64,000 bases of DNA from Candidatus Latescibacterota bacterium (lineage in GTDB: Bacteria; Latescibacterota; UBA2968; UBA8231): assembly GCA_965223905.1 (NCBI GenBank), contig CBDCXV010000011.1, positions 384,001 to 448,000 on the forward strand. Direction: 5' to 3'. The notes beneath the pieces are model-generated. The model worked only from the letters and a program-made list of their open reading frames with translations, made no database searches and was not told where the DNA came from. Shown one piece after another: positions 38,974 to 48,699 of this stretch. The stretch's first letter is position 1; each line of letters starts with the position of its first letter. A program made the position numbers and the translations under genes.

Positions 38974-41142
38974 CTATCCAAAATCGTAATCATCTGGAGC
39001 GGGACTCCGGGCTTTCGCCGCCTCCGCCTGCGGGACGTGCCCTCCCGGAATCGCCTCCGCAAGTCGCTGTGCGAGTGCCTGGGGGGATTCGATCGGCGGC
39101 GAGCAGACCATCTCCTCGCAGACGTACGCGGCTGGCCGGCTGCCGACGCACTTTCCGGCGAGCAGCGGCACCAGGCGCTCCGCCTCCTCGGGTGGCGAGT
39201 CGCCCCCCGCCCGGGATGGCCAACCGCACACCACCTTGTTCGGAAGGAAATACTCGTAAACAGCGGCGGCGAGTGACCGGGGGCCTGCACTCTCGCCGAC
39301 AACGGCGATCTCGAGAGGGGTCTGCAACGAGAAATCCAACGCGCATCCCATCTGCGCGAAGGATGTCGGCGATCGCTCCAGAAGCCCTGCAAACGAATCA
39401 ACCGTGCGAACCCCTATATCCCACAGCGATTCATCTCCGGTAAGCGCCCCGAGGCGCATCATTGCCAGGGCGGCCATTGAGTTGCCGGAAGGCGTGGCAT
39501 TGTCGAACGGGTTCCTGCTGCGGACGATCAGGTCGGTGGCTCCTGCTTCCGTGAAGAAAAAGGAGGATCCGTCCGGGTCCCAGAATCGCTCCACCATTTG
39601 ACCCGTCAGCTCGACTGCCGCCCGCAACCACCCAGAATCGTAGGAAGCCTCGTACAGATCGACGAGACCGTTGATGAAACAGGCGTAATCGTCCTGGAAT
39701 CCACTCCCGCTCGATTTTCCGTCCTTGAAGGAATGCATCAGGGCGCCGGTATTCGAGCGCAATTCGGAAAGTATGAAGGTTGCCGCGGCGACCCCCGAGT
39801 CGAGGTAGCGCCGGTGACCAAGAACAGCTTGGGCCCGCGCCATGGCTGAAACCATCAGGCCGTTCCAGGCGACGACGATCTTGTCGTCACGACCGGGCCG
39901 AATGCGCTTCCCCCTGACCGCGAGCAGGAGTTCCCTGCCAAGCGCGACCGCGCGCTGCAGTTCATCGACCTCGACCCCGAGAAATGCCGCCAGGTCAGCC
40001 ATCTCCGAGCTGACGTGGAGGATGTTCTTTCCCTCGAAGTTTCCCTCGGGTGTGACGTCGTAGTAGCGGCAGAACAGCCGCGCCTGTTCCGCGGGAAGGT
40101 GGCGCTCGACTTCCTCGCTGGTCCACAGGAAAAACAGACCTTCCTCCCCCTCGCTGTCGGCATCCTGGGTGGCGAAGTACCCGCCTCGGGGCTGCGCCAT
40201 CTCGCGCAGAACGTAGTCCAGGGTCTCCTCCGCGACTCTGCGGTAGAGGCCCTTGCGCGTGACCTGGTAGGCTTCGAGGTAGGTCACCCCGAGCTGGGCG
40301 TTGTCGTAAAGCATTTTCTCGAAGTGCGGGACCAGCCAGCGCTCGTCCACGGAATAGCGGTGAAAACCGCCCCCTAAATGATCGTAGATACCGCCCCGGG
40401 CCATTTTTTCCAAGGTGCGCTCCACCATGTGCAAGGCGTGCTCATTCCCGCTACGAAGGTAGAAACGCAACAACTGCGAAAGCCCCATGCTGTGGGGGAA
40501 TTTGGGGGCGCTTCCGAAGCCGCCGAACTCGGCATCGAAGGTCTGGCGGTGGTGCCCGAAAGCGGCGGCCTGGGCAGCGTCCGAAGCGGCGGACTCGCGA
40601 CCTCCTCCACTGAGACCTGCAAGGTCGCATTGCCGCTGAAGGGCGGCCAGGAGACGCCCGGCCTGCTGCTCGATCCGGTCTCTGTGATTGCGGAAATGGT
40701 CGGCCACGGAGGCGATTACCCTGGGGAATCCAGGTCGTCCGTGGCGGTCCTCGGGAGGGTAGTAGGTCCCTCCGTAGAATGGCCGCAAGTCCGGAGTTAG
40801 AAAAACCGTCATCGGCCAGCCCCCACTTCCAGTCATCGCCTGAACCGCGGCCATGTAGATCTCATCGAGATCCGGTCGCTCTTCGCGGTCGACCTTGATA
40901 TTGACGAACAGGTCGTTCATCAGGGCCGCAATGCGGTCGTTTTCGAATGACTCGCGCTCCATCACGTGACACCAGTGGCATGCCGAATAGCCGATGGAAA
41001 GCAGGATGGGGCGGTCAAGGGAACAGGCGGACTCCAAGGCCTCCTCTCCCCAGGGATACCAGTTTACCGGGTTGCCTGCATGCTGCCGCAGGTAGGGGCT
41101 CGTCTCCAGGGCCAGGCGGTTCCGCCTGTCCGGCTCGCTCAT
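38974..41142 (-). CDS. YyaL/SPATA20-like thioredoxin-domain (DUF255) protein
   Basis: NRLALETSPYLRQHA, SIGYSACHWCHVM, GGWPMTVFLTP, PHFEKMLYDNA. Confidence 0.92.
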   Translation of the reverse strand: MSEPDRRNRLALETSPYLRQHAGNPVNWYPWGEEALESACSLDRPILLSIGYSACHWCHVMERESFENDRIAALMNDLFVNIKVDREERPDLDEIYMAAVQAMTGSGGWPMTVFLTPDLRPFYGGTYYPPEDRHGRPGFPRVIASVADHFRNHRDRIEQQAGRLLAALQRQCDLAGLSGGGRESAASDAAQAAAFGHHRQTFDAEFGGFGSAPKFPHSMGLSQLLRFYLRSGNEHALHMVERTLEKMARGGIYDHLGGGFHRYSVDERWLVPHFEKMLYDNAQLGVTYLEAYQVTRKGLYRRVAEETLDYVLREMAQPRGGYFATQDADSEGEEGLFFLWTSEEVERHLPAEQARLFCRYYDVTPEGNFEGKNILHVSSEMADLAAFLGVEVDELQRAVALGRELLLAVRGKRIRPGRDDKIVVAWNGLMVSAMARAQAVLGHRRYLDSGVAAATFILSELRSNTGALMHSFKDGKSSGSGFQDDYACFINGLVDLYEASYDSGWLRAAVELTGQMVERFWDPDGSSFFFTEAGATDLIVRSRNPFDNATPSGNSMAALAMMRLGALTGDESLWDIGVRTVDSFAGLLERSPTSFAQMGCALDFSLQTPLEIAVVGESAGPRSLAAAVYEYFLPNKVVCGWPSRAGGDSPPEEAERLVPLLAGKCVGSRPAAYVCEEMVCSPPIESPQALAQRLAEAIPGGHVPQAEAAKARSPAPDDYDFG

Positions 41143-41420
41143 TGTCTTTTTAGGGAGGGAATGATGTAACCGCTTGTTGCAGCGGTAATTCCAGGAATGT
41201 AACCAGGCCGCCCCGGGGCGACAATTTGGCAAGTGTTACGAATGATACCCAGCGACGTCGCCTGGAGTTCACAGGCGGAGGCCCATTCATTCCGGCTGGT
41301 TTGCCCCTACCCCTTGCCCATCAAGGGGTTACGGCGTGCCACGAACTTTGGCATGGAACGTGCGAAATGGCTGCATCGATCATCCCCCCCCAACCCCCGA
41401 TACCCAAGGGAGGTCAGAGC

Positions 41421-41846
41421 ATGTCCGAACTGAGGATGCCCGCTGTGAACCAAGTCTCCATGGCCGGCAGGCTGGTTCAGGATCCGGAGTACCGTATCAC
41501 CGACAACGGCAGTGCCAGGCTCAGTGCCCGCATTGCCGTCAACCGATCCTACCGCGACCACGACGGTGAATGGCAAGACGAAGCGTCTTTCTTCAACATC
41601 GTCGCATGGCAGAAGCTGGCCGAATTCGGCGCCGAGCGCTTGCGCAAAGGGACTCCCGTGTTCCTGACCGGTAGGCTTCGCAGCCACTCTTGGCGCGACG
41701 AAGAAGAGAACCCTCACTCGATCGTGGAGATTCAGGTGAGGAATCTCCAAATCCTGGAACGCACCGTTAATTCCGAGTCCTTGTCGAGCGTGGAAATCGA
41801 CCAAGAAGGCGAGGAGGAACTGGAGCTCGGAGCCGTTGCTGCCTAG
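41421..41846 (+). CDS. ssb: Single-stranded DNA-binding protein (paralog lacking the DIPF tail)
   Basis: NQVSMAGRLVQDPE, IAVNR, FFNIVAW, GRLRSHSW. Confidence 0.88.
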   Translation: MSELRMPAVNQVSMAGRLVQDPEYRITDNGSARLSARIAVNRSYRDHDGEWQDEASFFNIVAWQKLAEFGAERLRKGTPVFLTGRLRSHSWRDEEENPHSIVEIQVRNLQILERTVNSESLSSVEIDQEGEEELELGAVAA

Positions 41847-42072
41847 GTCGTTCGCAGGTCCGGAGAAAACCAAACCAGTGCGGAAGGGTTCGTCCTTGCG
41901 CACTGGAGCCCTGCTCGCAAGGAGTCGTGCGGCGAGCTTTAACCCCGTGCTAACTTCTGGAGGAGATTCCCTCGATGCAAAACGCCGGGGGAATCTGCGG
42001 TAATGGGCTCGCAGGCACTGAAACGAGGACTGTCAGAGGAGGGAGCGTCGGAAGAGCCCCTCCTCGACGCCT

Positions 42073-43257
42073 TTAGGCCGGGATCTCGAACAGCGTGGCT
42101 ATGCCCATTCCGCCTCCAATGCACAAAGCGGCGATACCGCGGCGGGCCCGGCGCCGCACCATCTCGTGAATCAGGGTGACCGCGATGCGGGCCCCACTCG
42201 CTCCGACGGCGTGGCCGAGAGCGATCGCTCCGCCGTTGACGTTGACCCGAGCTTCGTCCCAGTCCAGCTCCTGACCTACGGCCAGGGATTGGGCGGCGAA
42301 CGCTTCGTTCACTTCGAGAAGGTCGATGTCGTCCAGCGTCAAACCGGTTTTTCCCAACAGCTTGCGAATCGCCGGGGCAGGGCCGATCCCCATGATTCTC
42401 GGGTCGACTCCCGCCGTCGCCGTGGCGCTGACACAGGCGACGGGAACTGTGCCCTTGCGCCGGGCGCGATCGCCCGACATCAAAAGCAGAGCCGCGGCCC
42501 CGTCGTTGATGCCTGAGGAGTTTCCTGGGGTCACGGTGCCGTCATTTTTGAACGCGGGGCGGAGTTGCCCGAGACGCTCCAGGCTGGTGCCCTTGCGCGG
42601 GTGTTCGTCGACGTCGAACACCGATGGATCCCCCTTGCGCCACGGCACCATGACCGGGGCGATTTCGTCGGCGAACAGCCCGGCGGCGTGAGCGCGGTGA
42701 TAATGTTCCTGGCTCCGCATCGCAAAGCGGTCCTGGTCCTCGCGAGATATCCGGTACTGATCTGCCAGGTTCTCTGCGGTAATCCCCATGTGGCAATCGT
42801 AAAAGCAGTCCCAGAGACCATCCATAATCATCAGATCGGTCACTTCTCCATGGCCGAGACGCTGTCCCCACCGACTCCCCTGAAGGCCGTACGGTACCCT
42901 GCTCATGTTCTCCGCCCCACCCGCCACCACGACTTCGGCTTCCCCGGTGACGATCGCCTGGGCTCCCAGTGCTATCGACTTCAGTCCCGAGCCGCACAGC
43001 TTGTTTATGGTCATCGCCGGCACGCCGTACGGCACGCCCGCCCCGACCGCGGCCTGACGGGCGACGTTCGGTCCCAGGCCGCCTTGGTAGATCGTACCCA
43101 GGACGACCTCGTCGACGTCGGCCGGGTCAGTCTGCCCCCGCGCCAGCACGGCCTGGACAACCGTAGATCCGAGTGATTGCGTACCGACCTCGCGCAACGC
43201 ACCCCCAAAGGTCCCCGTGGCGGTGCGTACGGCGCTGACAACAACAGGGCTTGACAT
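42073..43257 (-). CDS. Acetyl-CoA C-acetyltransferase (thiolase)
   Basis: NKLCGSG, NEAFAAQ, GGAIALGH, LCIGGGMG. Confidence 0.94.
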   Translation of the reverse strand: MSSPVVVSAVRTATGTFGGALREVGTQSLGSTVVQAVLARGQTDPADVDEVVLGTIYQGGLGPNVARQAAVGAGVPYGVPAMTINKLCGSGLKSIALGAQAIVTGEAEVVVAGGAENMSRVPYGLQGSRWGQRLGHGEVTDLMIMDGLWDCFYDCHMGITAENLADQYRISREDQDRFAMRSQEHYHRAHAAGLFADEIAPVMVPWRKGDPSVFDVDEHPRKGTSLERLGQLRPAFKNDGTVTPGNSSGINDGAAALLLMSGDRARRKGTVPVACVSATATAGVDPRIMGIGPAPAIRKLLGKTGLTLDDIDLLEVNEAFAAQSLAVGQELDWDEARVNVNGGAIALGHAVGASGARIAVTLIHEMVRRRARRGIAALCIGGGMGIATLFEIPA

Positions 43258-43582
43258 GGTCTTTCCTACCCTCACGATTTCGGGGAGAGGTCGCGTTGAC
43301 CAAATGTAGGTACGATCCTATCTTTTGAAAAATCAACACCATAAGGATCATTCCGGGAGGGAGTGTGGGCCATTCTGAGAACAAGATCCTCTTGGAACAC
43401 GCAGTCCTCAAGCAGGGTTGCACGGAGAAGGTACAACTCTGAAATACGGAAAACTCTCCGAGCGTTTTAGGTAAGGAGGGACCGCTCCGACACAGCCGAA
43501 CAATTCGAGTGGCGAGGGCGGCGGGCCACCGGATCTTCGCCCTGATCGGTCGGACCTGACGTTCGGTTTCATAGTTTCTTTC

Positions 43583-43658
43583 GGGGCAGTAGCTCAGTTG
43601 GGAGAGCGCGGGCTTTGCAAGCCTGAGGTCGTCGGTTCGATCCCGATCTGCTCCACCA
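43583..43658 (+). tRNA. tRNA-Ala(TGC)
   Basis: Full 76-nt cloverleaf GGGGCAG...CTGCTCCACCA, G3:U70 pair, anticodon loop TTTGCAA. Confidence 0.97.
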
Positions 43659-43698
43659 GCCTTCCATGGACATTGCCGAGGGTGGGGGCTCACCCTCC

Positions 43699-44571
43699 TT
43701 ACCCGGTGTAGAGCACGGTCATGCTGACGGCGAGCCAGAGCAGAATCGCGGCCTGTAGCGGCCGATCCCGCCACAGTACTTCCTCCGGCTCTGCTCCTTC
43801 CTCCCTGCGGTAAACCAGGAACAGGTATCTCAGGACACCGTAGAGCACGAACGGAATGGTCCACTGCATGTTCCGGTCCGCCTGCCCCGGTTCTTCGTCG
43901 ACTCCCATAGCGTACAGGGCGTAACAAATCAAAGTCGCAGACGTAAGGATGGAGATCACCTGATCGAGAAACGGAAGGGAGTATTCCCGCAGTGTGGCGC
44001 GGTGACGCTCGGCTCTCCCCCGCAGGTGCACCATCTCCTGCCGGCGCTTGATAGTAGAGACAAACAAGGTGACCGCGAACGCGCAGAGTACGAACCAGGT
44101 CGAGATGTGCACGTCGATCACAACCGCCCCTCCCAGGGCACGCAGGAGATAGCCGGAGGCGACACACAGCACGTCTAACAGTACGACGTGCTTGAGGCGG
44201 ACCGAATAAGCGACGTTCAGGACCGTGTAGACCACAGTCACCCATCCGAAATCGCGATTGAGCAGGAAGGCGCAACCCCCACCCCCCGCGATCAGGAGGA
44301 CGCTGGAGACGATAGCGGCCGGGACGGGAAGCGCTCCAGATGCGAGCGGCCTTTTCGATTTGAGAGGGTGATTCCGATCCTGTTCGAGGTCGAGTAGATC
44401 GTTGACCAGGTAGATGCCGCCGCTCAGGGCCCAGAAACAGAGAAAAGCGCCGAGGGCGCGACTAGCGAACGACCATTCCAGCAGATGTTCGGAGAAAACC
44501 AGGGCGGGAAAGACGAACAGGTTCTTGAGCCACTGGCGAGGACGCGTAGACAACAACAGGTCAACAAGCAT
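43699..44571 (-). CDS. UbiA-family prenyltransferase (decaprenyl-phosphate phosphoribosyltransferase-like)
   Basis: RPRQWLKN, YLVNDLLDLEQDRNHPLKSKRPLASG, KRRQE, TIPFVLYGVLRY. Confidence 0.88.
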   Translation of the reverse strand: MLVDLLLSTRPRQWLKNLFVFPALVFSEHLLEWSFASRALGAFLCFWALSGGIYLVNDLLDLEQDRNHPLKSKRPLASGALPVPAAIVSSVLLIAGGGGCAFLLNRDFGWVTVVYTVLNVAYSVRLKHVVLLDVLCVASGYLLRALGGAVVIDVHISTWFVLCAFAVTLFVSTIKRRQEMVHLRGRAERHRATLREYSLPFLDQVISILTSATLICYALYAMGVDEEPGQADRNMQWTIPFVLYGVLRYLFLVYRREEGAEPEEVLWRDRPLQAAILLWLAVSMTVLYTG

Positions 44572-44793
44572 ACTGCAGTCGCGGCAGGCCAGCGTCCTGT
44601 CAGGGATGGATTGGTGAAAAAGGCAGCCGAGGCGCCCTCAACCCGCTTTGATCTTCTGCTCTCAAAAGCGGGTTCTTCACAGGCAATCGGGAAGTTCGGG
44701 GGCCGGAAGTGAATGGAGTAGTACAGGATTCCAGGACCGGCGAAACCAATGCACGAAATAGCGGTTTTGGGTTCGCCTGGATACATCCGGCGC

Positions 44794-45354
44794 CTACACT
44801 TCCATTATCTCTTTCGCCTTCACCTCGATGATCTCATCGACATGTTTAATGAAGTCGTCGGTGAGCTTCTGGATATGGTCTTGTGCGGAGCGGGCCTCGT
44901 CTTCGCCAATGTCTCCGTCATTCTTGGCTGCATCGACGAGGTAGAGACCATCGCGGCGGCCGTGTCTGACCGCCACTCGCCCTTCCTCGGCCCGGCTGCG
45001 GGCAACCTTGGTCAATTCGATACGGCGCTCACCGGTCAGTTCCGGGATAGGCAGGCGAATGATGGCACCGTCGTTGGAGGGATTCAGCCCCAGGTTTTTA
45101 TCGGCGAGAATGGCCTTTTCGATGTCGGGTATCAGATTTGGTTCGTACGGACGCACTACAATCAGCCTGGGCCCCGGGATGCTGATGGCTGCCAGTTGGT
45201 TCAAGGGAGTGGGTGTGCCGTAGTAGTCGATACGGATGCCGTCGAGCAGGGAAGCCGACGCCCTGCCGGTGCGAATTACGGCAAGATCGCGCTTCAGAGC
45301 ATCTATGGAGTTGCTCATCTGTCGCCGAACTTCCTCGTAGATCTCCTCCAACAT
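44794..45354 (-). CDS. frr: Ribosome recycling factor
   Basis: IRTGRA, DYYG, LGLNP, PELTGERR. Confidence 0.96.
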   Translation of the reverse strand: MLEEIYEEVRRQMSNSIDALKRDLAVIRTGRASASLLDGIRIDYYGTPTPLNQLAAISIPGPRLIVVRPYEPNLIPDIEKAILADKNLGLNPSNDGAIIRLPIPELTGERRIELTKVARSRAEEGRVAVRHGRRDGLYLVDAAKNDGDIGEDEARSAQDHIQKLTDDFIKHVDEIIEVKAKEIMEV

Positions 45355-45380
45355 GATCTTTGCCTCCAGCGAGGACCAAG

Positions 45381-45412
45381 TCCCGACAGATCGATCTCCC
45401 GACAGATCGATC
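45381..45412. repeat. 16-bp perfect tandem duplication (TCCCGACAGATCGATC x2)
   Basis: Read directly, in the tsf-frr gap. Confidence 0.9.
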
Positions 45413-46017
45413 TATTGACTACCCTCGCCCAGCCGAAACACCGAGAAGCGACTGATCGATATTTTCTCGCCGACCTTCGATGTCAATTCGGTGACCAAGT
45501 CTTCAATCGACTGGTCGCTGTTCTTGACAAACGGTTGTTCCAGGAGGCAGACCTCCTGGAACAACTTTTCCAGGCGCCCGGAGACGATCTTCTCGGCAAT
45601 GTGATCGGGCTTGCCTTCGTTTTTCGCCTGTTCCAGGTAGATCTCGCGCTCGTGCGCAATCACCTCGGGGTCGATTGAATCTCTGTCGATCGCGCGCGGC
45701 TGTTCTGCGGCGATGTGCATGGCCACGTCCTTGGCGAACTGCTGAAAATCTTCGGTTCGCGCGACGAAGTCAGTCTCACAGTTTACCTCGACCAGGACAC
45801 CGAGGCGATTCCCGGGATGAATGTAGGAAGTCACCAGCCCTTCGAGCGCGTCGCGCCCGGCTCGCTTTTCCACAGCTGCCATCCCCTGCTTCCGCAGATA
45901 GTCGACTGCCTTGTCGAGATCGCCATTAGTCTCCTGCAAGGCCTTCTTGCAGTCCATCAACCCGATCCCCGTCTGTTCCCGCAGCTGCCTGACAACCGCC
46001 GCGGAGATGTCCGTCAT
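45412..46017 (-). CDS. tsf: Elongation factor Ts (short form)
   Basis: LREQTGIGLMDCKKAL, EVNCETDFVAR. Confidence 0.96.
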   Translation of the reverse strand: MTDISAAVVRQLREQTGIGLMDCKKALQETNGDLDKAVDYLRKQGMAAVEKRAGRDALEGLVTSYIHPGNRLGVLVEVNCETDFVARTEDFQQFAKDVAMHIAAEQPRAIDRDSIDPEVIAHEREIYLEQAKNEGKPDHIAEKIVSGRLEKLFQEVCLLEQPFVKNSDQSIEDLVTELTSKVGEKISISRFSVFRLGEGSQ

Positions 46018-46059
46018 ACCTGTGCCGCCTTTCCCTTTGCAGATTGTCGCCTGTGCTGC

Positions 46060-46911
46060 CTACGAACGCTCGCTAGGTCGCCCGGAACCGATTGCCGACG
46101 GACTGACGGGCGTCGGAGGCCTCGGACTTCCAGAATCGGAAGAAGTGGAAAGCGAGCCGGCCCCCGCAACAGCCTGGTCTACCGCTTCCCCATCAACTCC
46201 CTCGGCCGCCACTGCTTCGGCCTCATCGGAAGCGGCCCGACCTTCGATCACCGCGTCGGCGATCAACGCCGTGATCAACTCGATGGATCGGAGGGCGTCG
46301 TCGTTGCCAGGTATCGGATAGGTCACGAGGTCGGGGTCGCAGTTCGTGTCGACGATGGCGACCGAGGGTATCCCCAGCTTCCTCGCTTCGGAGATTGCCA
46401 GCTTTTCCTTTTTGATGTCGACTATGTATACCAGACCGGGAGGAGTGGCCATCTTTCGAATGCCGGCAAGCGTTTTGGCCATGCGCGCCCGTTCCTTTTC
46501 CAGCAACAGCACTTCCTTCTTTTTCAGCTTTTCGTAGGTGCCGTCCGTGGCGATGCGATCAAGATGGTCGAGGTGGCGGATGTTCTGGCGGATGGTCAAC
46601 CAGTTGGTGAGCATCCCTCCGAGCCAGCGCTCGGTTACGTAGAACATCCCGGAGCGCTCCGATTCGCGCAGCACCACATCGACTGCCTGTTTCTTGGTGC
46701 CGACGAACAGAACCGATTTTCCTGCCCGGGCGGTATCGACGACCGCCTGGTAGGCTTCGCCCAGCATCGTCACCGTCTTCTGCAGATCGACGATGTGAAT
46801 GCCGTTGCGCTTTGTGAAAATGAACGGTCGCATTTTGGGATTCCAGCGTTGGGTCTGGTGGCCGAAATGCGTACCTGCTTCGAGAAGATCGCGTATCGCT
46901 ACGTCGGGCAT
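46060..46911 (-). CDS. rpsB: 30S ribosomal protein S2
   Basis: LLEAGTHFGH, WNPKM, RWLGGMLTN, IPGNDDA. Confidence 0.97.
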   Translation of the reverse strand: MPDVAIRDLLEAGTHFGHQTQRWNPKMRPFIFTKRNGIHIVDLQKTVTMLGEAYQAVVDTARAGKSVLFVGTKKQAVDVVLRESERSGMFYVTERWLGGMLTNWLTIRQNIRHLDHLDRIATDGTYEKLKKKEVLLLEKERARMAKTLAGIRKMATPPGLVYIVDIKKEKLAISEARKLGIPSVAIVDTNCDPDLVTYPIPGNDDALRSIELITALIADAVIEGRAASDEAEAVAAEGVDGEAVDQAVAGAGSLSTSSDSGSPRPPTPVSPSAIGSGRPSERS

Positions 46912-47165
46912 GTCACACTCACTTTCGTTCGGTCGATGGCACGGGGGCCACAGCCCTCATCCCCCGAACCTGAACTCCCCTGCAAAGAGACCCTCGTGCG
47001 CAAAAAGGACCTGCTGTAACTCTTCACAAGGGCCATGTCATGAACTGCCGAAGGCATAGGAGATGCATCGGAACTTGAGGCGAGGAAATTGCCGGCTGGT
47101 CGATGGATTGAAAGTCGTCCAAACCACCCGCGGTTTGTCTTGCGCCCTCCGCAGTCGCGGAAAAC

Positions 47166-47561
47166 TCAGCGCTTGGAGAACTGGAAACGCTTGCGGGCTC
47201 CGGCCAAGCCGTACTTTTTGCGCTCCTTCTCCCTGGAGTCGCGGGTCAGAAAGCCCGCCTTTTTCAATGCCGGACGCCAAGTCGGATCGTACTGAATCAG
47301 CGCTCGGGCGATGCCCAGACAGGCGGCTCCTGCCTGTCCCTGCAGACCGCCTCCATGCACACTTATCTGGATGTCGAACCGCTGGCGCGATTCGGTCAGG
47401 TCGAGGGGTTGGACCATCATCATTTCAAGGGCGTCCCGCCTGAGGTAATCCTCGACACTGCGGCCATTCATCGCGATCGTTCCGGACCCGGGTCGGATGC
47501 GCACGCGGGCGACGGACGTTTTCCTGCGGCCGGTCGCCTCGAGAGTCTGTTCAGCCGTCAT
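47166..47561 (-). CDS. rpsI: 30S ribosomal protein S9
   Basis: TGRRKTSVARV, KERKKYG, QFSKR. Confidence 0.97.
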   Translation of the reverse strand: MTAEQTLEATGRRKTSVARVRIRPGSGTIAMNGRSVEDYLRRDALEMMMVQPLDLTESRQRFDIQISVHGGGLQGQAGAACLGIARALIQYDPTWRPALKKAGFLTRDSREKERKKYGLAGARKRFQFSKR

Positions 47562-47577
47562 CCCGCCCTTTCCCCAT

Positions 47578-48030
47578 TCAGAGGGCCAACTCTTCCGGCT
47601 TTTGCGCCGCGTGCCGATGTTCGGGACCAGCGTACACCCGCAGCTTCTTCATCGTCTGCCTCCCCAGCACATTGCGCGGCAGCATTCCGCGAACCGCTTT
47701 CCTGATCACGCGCTCGGGGTGTTTTTCCATCATCTCGCGGTAAGTCGTCGTGCGGAGGCCTCCGGGATATCCGGTGTGGCGGTAGTAAACCTTCCGCTCC
47801 TCCTTGCGACCCGTCACCGCGACCTTTTCGGCGTTGACGACGATCACGTGATCCCCCATGTCGAGATGCGGTGTAAAGGTCGGCTTGTGCTTGCCGCGAA
47901 GTACATGGGCGATCCGCGATGCCAGCCTGCCCAGTGTTTCGCCGCTCGCATCAACGACGTACCACTTGCGATCGATTTCGTGCACCTTGGGCGAGTATGT
48001 CTTTTCCACGCCTTGCTCCGCAGCGAGCAT
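47578..48030 (-). CDS. rplM: 50S ribosomal protein L13
   Basis: [28 protein letters not shown]. Confidence 0.97.
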   Translation of the reverse strand: MLAAEQGVEKTYSPKVHEIDRKWYVVDASGETLGRLASRIAHVLRGKHKPTFTPHLDMGDHVIVVNAEKVAVTGRKEERKVYYRHTGYPGGLRTTTYREMMEKHPERVIRKAVRGMLPRNVLGRQTMKKLRVYAGPEHRHAAQKPEELAL

Positions 48031-48051
48031 TCCTTAGAAAATAGACCTTTT

Positions 48052-48080
48052 AACTTAAGGGGGACATTGTTGACTGTCAA
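48052..48080 (-). promoter_or_regulatory. Sigma70 promoter of rplM-rpsI
   Basis: TTGACA (48080-48075)-N17-TAAGTT (48057-48052). Confidence 0.6.
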
Positions 48081-48687
48081 CATGACGCCGGCGCCTCCAG
48101 GCCCGGAACAGGGCGAGGGCGACCAAGGTGGCGATCCCCGCGAGCACCGTTCGGTTGTAGTCCCCGAGCAGTTCGACGGCACGCTCCCAGTTGTTTCCGA
48201 CGAGCAGCCCGGCGTAGATCAGCAGGCCGTTCCAGATCGCCATGCTCACCAGCCCCAGTCCCACCACCGGTTTCCAGCCCATCCCCCCCATTCCCGCTGA
48301 AAGCGCGATCACGGAGCGGATGCCGCTGAGAAAGCGGTTGGCGAGCACCAGCCAGGCGCCGTAGCGCTCCAGCCATCGGCTCGCGCGCTCGAGGCTCTGT
48401 ACGGAGGCTATGCGAAGCCGGGACTGCAGGATGCGGGCCCCGTGTCTGGCGCCGAGCGCGAACATCACCGAGAAGCCCAGGGTTCCGCCGAGGCAGGTGC
48501 ATACGTACACTGGGATCCACTCCAGCACGCCGCGGCCGACGAGATAGGCGCTGAAGATGACCACAACGTCGCCGGGCACCGGGGGGATGAGGTTCTCCAG
48601 GAAAGCGCTGGCCACCAGTAGGATATAGGCCCACAGCGGATTCCATCGCCCCAATTCGGCAACCGCGCTGTTGATGAATTCGACCAA
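48055..48687 (-). CDS. DedA family membrane protein
   Basis: FLENLIPPVPGD, RFLSGIRSVIALSAG. Confidence 0.9.
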   Translation of the reverse strand: MVEFINSAVAELGRWNPLWAYILLVASAFLENLIPPVPGDVVVIFSAYLVGRGVLEWIPVYVCTCLGGTLGFSVMFALGARHGARILQSRLRIASVQSLERASRWLERYGAWLVLANRFLSGIRSVIALSAGMGGMGWKPVVGLGLVSMAIWNGLLIYAGLLVGNNWERAVELLGDYNRTVLAGIATLVALALFRAWRRRRHVDSQQCPP

Positions 48688-48699
48688 TTGCGAGGGCGG

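Noticed and set aside
41855-41880. SRP RNA (CAGGTCCGGA...)
   Set aside because: Lacks the following AGGAAGCAGC and the long enclosing helix.
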